Part shown: piece after piece, positions 50,698 to 59,112 of the stretch
Layout of the letters: each line of letters begins with the position of its first letter
Numbering within the stretch: the first letter of the stretch is position 1
IMG/VR virus record: IMGVR_UViG_3300042451_000707
Coordinates: 2,385 to 66,384 of that record
Length of the DNA: 64,000 nucleotides
Reading direction: 5' to 3' (one strand)
Source of the DNA: a virus
The notes under the pieces: generated by a model
Told to the model about the DNA's origin: nothing
Seen by the model: the letters and a program-made list of their open reading frames with translations, nothing else
Database searches by the model: none
Position numbers and translations under genes: made by a program

Positions 50698-53088
50698 TTA
50701 AATTTCTGTTATGTTTAATCTTGTTGAATAGTTATCTTGAACACCAAATATAAATGGACTTACAGTCCAGTTTCCAGCAGTTGTATTTACATACACATAA
50801 CATCTAATAGTGTCATTTGGGGCTAGTGTGAATGTACATGATAATCTTTGTAGTGCATTTGTATTATTTATAGGATTTTGAGTACTTGATGCTATTCTAT
50901 TTGTACTAGTAGGAGTTCCATTTCTAGAAAGCCATATAGTATGTTCAGTTAGAGTTGTAGATGAATTTACTGCTGACTGATAATCAAAAGTAAATGTTCT
51001 TGTATAGTTAGCTGTATTTGTAAATACTCCACCTGCTTGTGTAAGATTTTGGATACTGTTTGTATCTGTAATGTCCCACTCTACTATCTGTGTAGTATTA
51101 GCTCCAAATCCACCTACTTGACTTCTTCTATATTCTCTTACTGGTGGTGTTGTTCCCGCATTTGGAGTAACATTAATGAAAGTCCCTGTAGGTGCACTAA
51201 CGGTTGTTCCACTATGAGTCCAAGTAGTACCACTAGTTACTTGAATGTGGTAAGTTGAGTTATCAATAAAACCTGCATTAAAGAATCCATAAACTTGGTA
51301 TTGAGTATTACTTATTTGAACTATTCTAATTGTTTCCGGGGTAGTGAAAGTTGGACCTAATGCTCGGTTTGTGTATGCTAATGCGTCCCCAAAGAAATTA
51401 CCTCCTGTTACTCCTGGTTGGGAACTAATACCATTAGATGTTTTGAAGTAAAGTTCTGTAACTTGGTTTTGATTAACTTGAGCATTATATCCGGCATGTG
51501 ATACTATTCTTGAATATAAAGTAGCGCCTCGTTGTACTGTATCCCATGTTCCTAAAAGTACCCAAGTAACTGTCGTACTACCCGGTAAGTTAAATACTTG
51601 ACTTGGAAGTCCACTAATTTGATTCCAAGTACTTCCTGTTGTCCCAACACTAAAAGTTGTACCTGAAGATATATTATTATTCGCTTGGTAAATTATACCA
51701 TTATTATTTACCACCAAAGTACCTTGACTATAAGTCTTACCACTTGAGTATGTCGCATTAGCATCGGCGGCCAATTGTGTCCAAGTAGCACCTGTTGTAC
51801 CAAGACTAAAAGTTGTACCTGAGGATATATTATTATTTGCTCTATAAATTATACCGTTATTAGTTACAGTAGTTCCTGATACGTAAGAATTTGATAAACC
51901 CCAAGTTTGAATTCTCGCATTACTATCACCTGAAGTACCTGAAGTCCCACTAGTTCCTGATGAACCACTAGTTCCTGATGAACCACTAGTTCCTGAAGTC
52001 CCACTAGTTCCTGATGAACCACGTGTACCTGAAGTACCTGACGAACCACTTGAACCTGACGAACCACTTGAACCTGACGAACCACTTGAACCTGAAGTGC
52101 CTGATGGTTGTGCGGCAATTATAAATAAAATTTCACTATTATTTATAAATTGAGCACTTCCATCGATTAAACCAACGGGTAGTACCCAATAACTACCGGC
52201 AGGTGTTGGAAACCCAAGTAACCATTTTTGATATATCTCATTATCAGTTTTATCTTGAATAATTAGAATCGAATCTTGTAGTAAGAAATTCAAAAATACA
52301 TTTATGTTGTTACCCGTTCCATCAACATTACTTATCTGTATTTTTGATGAATTTATTTGTGTTGAATTATCCCAAGTAATGTATCCATTTCCAGGGTTTC
52401 CCGAAAAAATGGTAGTCTTCGCCTGATAGTCAAATATCACATTTGAAACTCCGTTAAGACCTGAAGTCCCACTAGTTCCTGATGAACCACTTGAACCTGA
52501 TGAACCTGATGTTCCACTTGAACCTGATGTTCCTGAAGAACCACTAGTTCCTGAAGAACCACTAGTTCCTGATGAACCACTTGTTCCTGATAAACCTGAA
52601 GATACAACCGCTCTACCAGCAGTGCTCGTTGAGAAAGTTACAACTACGGTTCCACTATTAACAACGTTTATTGATGATGGAATAATTTGGTTTCCGTTAC
52701 TTTCGTAAACTTGAACCAAAGGTGTTTCAGTTGTGAATGGATGATTTAAAGTCCAAGTTGTTCCACCTGTTATTATATAGGTTTGTGTTGAACCTGTTGC
52801 AGATGTTCCCGATGTACCACTTGTTCCTGATGAGCCTGTCATAGCACTATAAACATTTTTCCATTGACTACCATCGTTTAACCATTCTTCAGTTACCGTA
52901 CCTCCACTAGTTCCTCCACTAGTAACTAAAACGATGTCACCTGATTTCCCATTAGAGGGAAATGTATTTGTATTTTCTTGGTAATACACTGAAGTAAATC
53001 CGGAATTGGCAGCCGTTAATAAATCATTTAAGGTGGTTCTAACATCTAAACCACTCTCGCCATTTTGAATTAAATTATATTGACTCAT
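50698..53088 (-). CDS. Fibre protein with Gly-Ser/Thr-Ser triplet (collagen-like) tracts and CBM-like repeats
   Basis: (GTS/GSS)n tracts; two Y..GT.V.NNGIIY.ANNNISSGTTF..GTTG.TW repeats. Confidence 0.72.
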   Translation of the reverse strand: MSQYNLIQNGESGLDVRTTLNDLLTAANSGFTSVYYQENTNTFPSNGKSGDIVLVTSGGTSGGTVTEEWLNDGSQWKNVYSAMTGSSGTSGTSGTSATGSTQTYIITGGTTWTLNHPFTTETPLVQVYESNGNQIIPSSINVVNSGTVVVTFSTSTAGRAVVSSGLSGTSGSSGTSGSSGTSGSSGTSGSSGTSGSSGSSGSSGTSGTSGLNGVSNVIFDYQAKTTIFSGNPGNGYITWDNSTQINSSKIQISNVDGTGNNINVFLNFLLQDSILIIQDKTDNEIYQKWLLGFPTPAGSYWVLPVGLIDGSAQFINNSEILFIIAAQPSGTSGSSGSSGSSGSSGSSGSSGTSGTRGSSGTSGTSGTSGSSGTSGSSGTSGTSGTSGDSNARIQTWGLSNSYVSGTTVTNNGIIYRANNNISSGTTFSLGTTGATWTQLAADANATYSSGKTYSQGTLVVNNNGIIYQANNNISSGTTFSVGTTGSTWNQISGLPSQVFNLPGSTTVTWVLLGTWDTVQRGATLYSRIVSHAGYNAQVNQNQVTELYFKTSNGISSQPGVTGGNFFGDALAYTNRALGPTFTTPETIRIVQISNTQYQVYGFFNAGFIDNSTYHIQVTSGTTWTHSGTTVSAPTGTFINVTPNAGTTPPVREYRRSQVGGFGANTTQIVEWDITDTNSIQNLTQAGGVFTNTANYTRTFTFDYQSAVNSSTTLTEHTIWLSRNGTPTSTNRIASSTQNPINNTNALQRLSCTFTLAPNDTIRCYVYVNTTAGNWTVSPFIFGVQDNYSTRLNITEI
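51925..52105. repeat. 9/18-bp tandem repeats encoding GSS/GTS triplets
   Basis: CCTGACGAACCACTTGAA x3 exact at 52037-52090; CCACTAGTTCCTGATGAA repeats nearby; second tract at about 52460-52590. Confidence 0.85.
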
Positions 53089-53113
53089 TTAATATATTTT
53101 TTTTATTTATTTT

Positions 53114-53560
53114 TTAATCAACCCAAACTTCAGTATCTTCCCAAAGACCCAAGTCATCCCAAAATCCTGTAGATAAAATCCATGTTGATGGTTCCCACGA
53201 AGTCCAATATCCATTAGTTTCCAACCAAATTTTGGCATCAAGAGGTGTTGGGAATTGTTGTTTTGTAATACTCTCCGCCAAAGTCAAAAACTGCTCGTTG
53301 TTCTTACCGTTAGTTCTATTAAACCCTACCGTCCCCAATATTTCAACAGGTGTTGGTTGTAAAGGTTCTCCTTCAGGTGTTACATTAGTCTTAGCAATAA
53401 CATAACCCAAATCTTCGTCAGGGCCCATCCACCATATCAATCCACCATATCCACTTGAATAGGGTAAATCTTCTTGAGTCCCAACAATTAAATTCCCGTA
53501 CGATTCCGTTCCGGGTAATGTTGTTCCTGTATAAAATCCAAAAGGTCTTGATGTACTCAT
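53114..53560 (-). CDS. Hypothetical putative virion protein with Trp/Asp-rich C-terminus
   Basis: WWMGPDEDLGYVIA, WLETNGYWTSW, ends FWDDLGLWEDTEVWVD; TATTTAT upstream. Confidence 0.65.
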   Translation of the reverse strand: MSTSRPFGFYTGTTLPGTESYGNLIVGTQEDLPYSSGYGGLIWWMGPDEDLGYVIAKTNVTPEGEPLQPTPVEILGTVGFNRTNGKNNEQFLTLAESITKQQFPTPLDAKIWLETNGYWTSWEPSTWILSTGFWDDLGLWEDTEVWVD

Positions 53561-53636
53561 ATTAGATACTCCACAAACTAAAGATTCGTGACTTCTGTTT
53601 ATAAATATCGCAATTCATAAATTCCAACAAAAAAAA

Positions 53637-53888
53637 TTATATTGGTGTTGGAGTCGGTGTTGGAGTGATTGTTGGTGTCGGAGTTGGACTTTGTTCCACA
53701 ACAGATAAACTATAGTTATAGTCATATAATGGAACATAACAATTGTAAGTTCCGTAGAAATAATCTGTAATATATTCAAAAGGAAATACTTGAGTTCCTA
53801 AATCAATAGTCCCTCCGGATTGAGGATAATAAACTACATTAGTAGTTAAACCACTTAAATTATTACTTAAAATTCTTATTCCTGACAT
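53637..53888 (-). CDS. Small protein with C-terminal Thr-Pro tail
   Basis: Ends [18 protein letters not shown]. Confidence 0.7.
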   Translation of the reverse strand: MSGIRILSNNLSGLTTNVVYYPQSGGTIDLGTQVFPFEYITDYFYGTYNCYVPLYDYNYSLSVVEQSPTPTPTITPTPTPTPI

Positions 53889-53907
53889 ACCAATAAATAT
53901 TTAATTT

Positions 53908-54477
53908 TTAACATACTCCTACGTTTAGAACTAAAGTTCCGCTTATTTGAATGAACCTCGCACCATTTGAAATGGTAAAGTTGGCGTTTATTGGTGGTAT
54001 CGTCAATGACGAATTACCAAATACATTATCTCCCGGAACTAAAAGTCCAAAAGGTTTAGTTGTATATATTATAACATTTGAAGGATTTGAAAACATATTA
54101 ATGGATTCACAAACATTTTGATAATACCCTCCAGTCCATAAACTATATGTGTAAATAATAAGTGGAGTAGCACTCGGTGTTGGAGTAGGTGTTGGTGTAA
54201 CTGGTGTTGGAGTAGGTGTTGGTGTAACTGGTGTTGGAGTAGGTGTTGGTGTTGATGTCGGTGTTGGTGTATTTGACGGACATAACCCCATAAATACAAC
54301 ATCAAGTGGTGCACCATATTCCTCAACGATTACATTTTTCGCACAAAAATAACTACTTTGTAATGGTTGAATTGGAGTTATATTAATGGTATCAGTACAT
54401 CCAGTCCATCTGTAATATCCTTCTTGGACATTATTATAATTTGTTATCCTAAAATAGTTACAATCCGTAATATACAT
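53908..54477 (-). CDS. Cys-containing protein with central mucin-like Thr-Pro linker
   Basis: [28 protein letters not shown]...; ends ISNGARFIQISGTLVLNVGVC. Confidence 0.72.
   Translation of the reverse strand: MYITDCNYFRITNYNNVQEGYYRWTGCTDTINITPIQPLQSSYFCAKNVIVEEYGAPLDVVFMGLCPSNTPTPTSTPTPTPTPVTPTPTPTPVTPTPTPTPSATPLIIYTYSLWTGGYYQNVCESINMFSNPSNVIIYTTKPFGLLVPGDNVFGNSSLTIPPINANFTISNGARFIQISGTLVLNVGVC
54176..54252. repeat. Perfect 27-bp tandem repeat (about 2.9 copies) encoding VTPTPTPTP
   Basis: GGTGTTGGAGTAGGTGTTGGTGTAACT starting at 54176, 54203 and 54230. Confidence 0.9.
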
Positions 54478-54479
54478 TC

Positions 54480-56375
54480 TTATATTATTTGGTAATTTAA
54501 ATCATTCGCCGGTATTATAATTCTACAATTAGGGCAATCCGGATTTAACAAATTGTATTTATCTTTTAATATTTTGAAATTGTGTTTGATTTGCGCACCA
54601 TTTAATGGTTCCGTATACATTCTAAATGAACTAATATCGCCAATCATGCTACCACCAAAATATTCTTCCAATTTAATATTGGTCGTCAAACCTGAATATA
54701 TCGTGTTATTCAAATCATGCGTGGTTAAACATTCTGGGTCTTGTTGATATTTCAAATCATTTAACGATGAAGGACATCCGCCCGAAAAAGTTAAATTATC
54801 GTGAAGTCCTTGTGTTCCCCCACCGATTGAAATATTATAAGAAACTCCAATTTGTTTTTCTTTTTCAACATTTAACAATCTTGGAATGATTTCTTCAAAG
54901 TTTTCAACAACCATAAATAATTTTCCGTTCACATAAAACTTAAGGGTTCCTAATCTATATTTTTGTTCTTCAGTCCACATATCCGTAAATGTGACAACCT
55001 CTGTTGATGCAGGGTCATAATCTTTCTCACGAGTAATTGGAGGTTCAATTAAACTTACACTTCTACCTTCCAGTGTTGCAAAATAAACATCTTTAACCAA
55101 TAACCCCAACCCACCTTTAATTCCTAAATCACAAGTATCCAACCATTGGTTTCTTTCAAAAACGGCATCAATTTGGGCCCAATGTTCAACATTGGAATAT
55201 GTTGTTCCAGAACAATCGTCAAAAATACCTCTTGACGAACACCATTCGGTTACCGATGTTCCGGTAACATATGTTAATCCTGTTGAACAAGTTCCTGTTG
55301 TTTCACATCCTCCTGTAATCCTATATGTTTTAACACATAATCTTGGACTTCCCGTATCACCACTTAATCTTAATGATAATGCGTTTGAAACCTCATCGTA
55401 TAATGGGTCTTTTTCAGGGTATTGTGCTTTCGTGTTACATTCACATGGACATCCACAAAGACAAGTCGTTATGGTTCCTCCTGATGGTTGATAAACTTGA
55501 AGGCATTGTGATGATGTATTCGCACTACTTGCACAACCACAGGTGTGCATACAAGTTAATCCTGATGTTACTCTTGTATAACCCGAATCTTGTTTTGGAT
55601 GACCGTCGGCATAATGATAAAATTTATTTTCGGCTCTCGCCCCCATATAAAAGAATGTTCCCTTATTTTCAGGATATCTCTCATTCAATCCAACTGAAGT
55701 ATTTCCGGTCCAACGATATCTTAACATAATTTCTGTTGTCCAACCCAAACTTGGTCTTTGAGGGAACACTTGGTAATCATAACCCGCTAATTTATAAAAT
55801 CCTTGAAAAAATCCTCCGTTTAATTTTGCAACATATCCAATATCTCCTCCAACATTCGTATATGATAAATCATAGGTATAAGAATTATCATTCCACAATC
55901 TATTTTCAGTTGTGGTAAATCCGGTAATAGGATGTAATTTCATTCTCCTATCATATTTGTATCTACTAAATTTGTCCGTAATATCGGTATATAACCCTGT
56001 TGTCGTTTGAATGGTTTCTCCCGACATATTTTGAACCAATCCGTTATCTATTCCCGTCAATCCAACATCACATAAATCAGTAACAATTGGACAAAAATTT
56101 GGGTCTGTATTCGTTGGATTCCAATAATTTTCCGAAACAATCGTATCCGCACTAAAAACACAAACCGAAGTTTGGCATAATGTAGTACCACTACTATTGA
56201 AATTAAATTTGAACGGCATTCTATTACCATCCTCTTCTCCAATCAATAATGGTGAAAAAATAACTTCTTGGTCGTAGTCTTTCTCATCTGAAGCCAAACA
56301 TAAATCCGTGACCTCATTAACTGGTTTTAGACCAAATCTCCTAAAATTATACTGATTAATATTTTGATATGCCAT
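54480..56375 (-). CDS. Cys-rich putative structural protein with LamG/ConA-like fold
   Basis: GWTTEIML, GTLKFYVNGKL, FGGSMIGDISSFRMYTEPL; Cys clusters CMHTCGC and CLCGCPCEC. Confidence 0.62.
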   Translation of the reverse strand: MAYQNINQYNFRRFGLKPVNEVTDLCLASDEKDYDQEVIFSPLLIGEEDGNRMPFKFNFNSSGTTLCQTSVCVFSADTIVSENYWNPTNTDPNFCPIVTDLCDVGLTGIDNGLVQNMSGETIQTTTGLYTDITDKFSRYKYDRRMKLHPITGFTTTENRLWNDNSYTYDLSYTNVGGDIGYVAKLNGGFFQGFYKLAGYDYQVFPQRPSLGWTTEIMLRYRWTGNTSVGLNERYPENKGTFFYMGARAENKFYHYADGHPKQDSGYTRVTSGLTCMHTCGCASSANTSSQCLQVYQPSGGTITTCLCGCPCECNTKAQYPEKDPLYDEVSNALSLRLSGDTGSPRLCVKTYRITGGCETTGTCSTGLTYVTGTSVTEWCSSRGIFDDCSGTTYSNVEHWAQIDAVFERNQWLDTCDLGIKGGLGLLVKDVYFATLEGRSVSLIEPPITREKDYDPASTEVVTFTDMWTEEQKYRLGTLKFYVNGKLFMVVENFEEIIPRLLNVEKEKQIGVSYNISIGGGTQGLHDNLTFSGGCPSSLNDLKYQQDPECLTTHDLNNTIYSGLTTNIKLEEYFGGSMIGDISSFRMYTEPLNGAQIKHNFKILKDKYNLLNPDCPNCRIIIPANDLNYQII

Positions 56376-56427
56376 AATTTAATGATAAATACTTGATGAA
56401 CTAATATTTATATAAAAAAAACATTTA

Positions 56428-57258
56428 ATGATTACAATAGATAAAGAATTTTATTCGTCTCCATATTATTTCCTGCTTAGAGATAAAGGTAATAAATACT
56501 CTTTATATTACTCGGTAGAAGAAACTTTAACCGAAGCTCGTAAAAAAGATGAGATTTTACACTTTGAAAAAAGTAAGGGTGGAAAAGTTAAAAAATATCT
56601 TAACAAAGTTGCTAAAGAGAAAAAAATTAAATCAAGTAAAACCATTAAACAAGATTTAGAAGAATTGGTAAAAGATGATGGTTCTATGGCAAATTCTGCA
56701 ATACCAATTTTAGACCCAAGATTACATCCTAGAAAAACTATGGACCAAACGGTTGCGGCGTCAAGAATTACCAATGACCCTATTTCTCGTGGTTATAGAA
56801 CATATTATGGTGAGTCGGTTGAAGAAGTTAGCGAAATTGATATGTCCGGAGCGTTTGGTTATGAAGAAACCGAAGATATGGACGGAGCTCAGACTTACAA
56901 ATATTTAGTAAAAAAGATGGGAATGGAACCGGATGATGCGAAAGAGAGAACAAAACAACAAGGTAAAGACCCTTCAGGTAAAAAAGATAAAAAATCACCT
57001 TATTATAAAGATAAAAATTTTATAACAAGAGCAACATTATCTGAAATACAAAAACAAAAAGCAATTAAAGTTGTTGAAGATATTTTAATGGGTAAAAAAA
57101 ATTCGGATAATTCTGAAGTTGGTAAAAAAGATATGGGTAAAAATGTTGAAGAATTACCATCGTTAATAAGAAAAAACTTAAAATCCCTTTTGAAACACGC
57201 AGAAAGTAATGGTGTATCAAAAGAAGATTTAATTAAAATGATAAAAAAAGGTGAATAG
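56428..57258 (+). CDS. Hypothetical Lys-rich protein, possibly head-internal
   Basis: 276 aa ORF with TATTTAT upstream. Confidence 0.7.
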   Translation: MITIDKEFYSSPYYFLLRDKGNKYSLYYSVEETLTEARKKDEILHFEKSKGGKVKKYLNKVAKEKKIKSSKTIKQDLEELVKDDGSMANSAIPILDPRLHPRKTMDQTVAASRITNDPISRGYRTYYGESVEEVSEIDMSGAFGYEETEDMDGAQTYKYLVKKMGMEPDDAKERTKQQGKDPSGKKDKKSPYYKDKNFITRATLSEIQKQKAIKVVEDILMGKKNSDNSEVGKKDMGKNVEELPSLIRKNLKSLLKHAESNGVSKEDLIKMIKKGE

Positions 57259-57718
57259 AAGTTTATACGATAAGGAAATTGAATTCCCTTCGGATAAAAG
57301 GGAACACATGAAAAAATGTTTTCATAGGGTGAAGAATGCCGATGAAAATATTGAAGGTTATAAGAGAAATAAAGAACTTCAAAACCAAAAATTTATTACA
57401 TATAAACAATTAAAAAGAATAAAAAATTTTTTCGACAACTTTAAAGGTAATCAAAATGAACCATCATTTGTTTTGAATGGAGGTGTTGAAATAAAAAACT
57501 GGGTGGATAATGAGTTGAGAAGAATGAGAGATTATATCAAAAATACCAAGACGAACAAAATGGAGACAGGTATGATGAATCAATTTATTGACCCTCATGA
57601 GAAAAAAGATTTCACAAATGTTAGGCCATCTCAAGAACATTCAAAAACCGTAGACAAATATAATGTTGCGGTTACTGAAAGTTTGAAAAGAATAAACGAA
57701 TTAATTTCAAAACTATAA
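57251..57718 (+). CDS. Hypothetical protein
   Basis: GTG start overlapping the upstream stop; LKRIKNFFD and C-terminal VTESLKRINELI. Confidence 0.7.
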   Translation: MNRSLYDKEIEFPSDKREHMKKCFHRVKNADENIEGYKRNKELQNQKFITYKQLKRIKNFFDNFKGNQNEPSFVLNGGVEIKNWVDNELRRMRDYIKNTKTNKMETGMMNQFIDPHEKKDFTNVRPSQEHSKTVDKYNVAVTESLKRINELISKL

Positions 57719-57722
57719 AACT

Positions 57723-58013
57723 ATGCCAAGTAAAATTCCTGTAGATTTAACTCAAACTGAAAACAATGAATTAACTGCGGTTTCAGGACAAGAAAGAACA
57801 AAATTAATCCCAAAAAATGATTATAATATTAACGATGAATATTCTGCGGTTCATCCTGACGCAATTGCCGATGGAGATTCTTTAGGTAGAGGAACCGGAG
57901 TATATCTTGATGTTTATAATCCTGCGGCGGGAACCGTTGAAGATTTATCTGAAAGAAAAAATTCAATTAAAATCAACAAATTCAACTCATCTAAAACCTA
58001 CCCTAATTTCTAA
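57723..58013 (+). CDS. Hypothetical protein
   Basis: 96 aa, translationally coupled (TAATG) to the WYL gene. Confidence 0.7.
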   Translation: MPSKIPVDLTQTENNELTAVSGQERTKLIPKNDYNINDEYSAVHPDAIADGDSLGRGTGVYLDVYNPAAGTVEDLSERKNSIKINKFNSSKTYPNF

Positions 58014-58411
58014 TGAAACTTCAAGGAGCTCTTAAAGGTTTAATTTGTGAGGTAGCATCTATCGACAGTATTGTTGATGCAATCAAAAATCGAAAAGTCC
58101 TAATAATTTATTATGATGGTGATGAACCGGGAGGTAGAGGTTTAAGGGAAATTGAACCTGTGTGTTTAGGTGTTAGTAAAGCGGGTAATAAAATTTTACG
58201 AGCATGGGATAGTGAAGGTGCGTCACATACAGGATATAAAGGAGAACAACCTTTACCAGGATGGAGGATTTTTAGATTGGATAAAATACTATCAAGCAAA
58301 CCCTCTGGTGAGGTTTACAATACTCCAAGACCTAATTATAATTTTAACGGAGATAAGAGCATGACTAGTGTAATTATAAACGCCAAATTTGGAGGTACTC
58401 CGGCAGCATAA
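58013..58411 (+). CDS. Stand-alone WYL-domain protein
   Basis: AIKNRKVLIIYY...REIEPVCLG...LRAWD...WRIFRLDKI. Confidence 0.8.
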   Translation: MKLQGALKGLICEVASIDSIVDAIKNRKVLIIYYDGDEPGGRGLREIEPVCLGVSKAGNKILRAWDSEGASHTGYKGEQPLPGWRIFRLDKILSSKPSGEVYNTPRPNYNFNGDKSMTSVIINAKFGGTPAA

Positions 58412-58429
58412 GAAGAAAATAAATATAAT

Positions 58430-59056
58430 ATGGATAGATTAATGGAAAAATTGGCTTTATCAAAAGCGATTATGGATAAAGCGGATGGAATAAAAAGTTC
58501 TAATTCTTTAAACGGAGGTCTTCCTCCAACATCATTACAACAATTAAACGCTCCGGAAACATTTAATGTTCCGAACGCAAAATATAATATTCCAAGTGAA
58601 TTTTTAGGAGAATCACAACAAAAAAATCAACCGTTCGTTTCAAACGAACCAAGAGAAAATACAAAACCTGTTGGTGTTCCTACGGTGGAAGCGATTAAAA
58701 ATTCTAAATTACCTGACGAAATTAAAAGGTTAATGATGGAACATCCAATCGCTCAACCTCAACAACAAACAACAACAATTTCAAATGAATTGATTGAAAA
58801 AGCGTCAAGATTGATGGGAACGAATAAAGAAAATTATATCCCTGAATCCGCAAAACCAAAACAACAAACTCAACCCACTACAGGTGGAATTGACTACAAA
58901 TTAATCAAAAAAATGATTAACGAAGCGGTTAATGAAGCTTTACATGAAAATGGGTTAATTACCGAGAGTTCTGAAAAATCCAATGAAGTTTTTACATTCA
59001 AAGTAGGTAAGCACGTATTTGAAGGTAAAGTAACCAAAATTAAAAAATTATCATAG
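58430..59056 (+). CDS. Hypothetical protein
   Basis: NSKLPDEIKRLMMEHPI; IDYKLIKKMINEAV; ends FKVGKHVFEGKV. Confidence 0.7.
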   Translation: MDRLMEKLALSKAIMDKADGIKSSNSLNGGLPPTSLQQLNAPETFNVPNAKYNIPSEFLGESQQKNQPFVSNEPRENTKPVGVPTVEAIKNSKLPDEIKRLMMEHPIAQPQQQTTTISNELIEKASRLMGTNKENYIPESAKPKQQTQPTTGGIDYKLIKKMINEAVNEALHENGLITESSEKSNEVFTFKVGKHVFEGKVTKIKKLS

Positions 59057-59112
59057 CCCCTTTATTTTTGAACTAAAATTACTATATTTTTTAGAAAATA
59101 TATTAATTTATT

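Larger units (their letters stand above)
6866..56411. promoter_or_regulatory. Recurrent sense-strand TATTTAT motif, a putative phage (late) promoter; dispersed copies
   Basis: Minus-strand genes (ATAAATA on +): 6866, 7860, 20534, 22402, 23915, 28123, 30260, 38315, 47580, 48165, 53601, 53893, 56385. Plus-strand genes: 28167, 32072, 33635, 38383, 56405. Each lies about 5-45 nt upstream of a start codon. Confidence 0.7.

Noticed and set aside
48212-53088. Diversity-generating retroelement acting on the fibre genes
   Set aside because: No reverse transcriptase and no template/variable repeat pair with adenine-specific mismatches seen in this window
51925-54252. Short direct repeats as a possible CRISPR array
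   Set aside because: Repeats are contiguous with no unique spacers, are multiples of 3 nt and lie within coding frames; no cas genes seen
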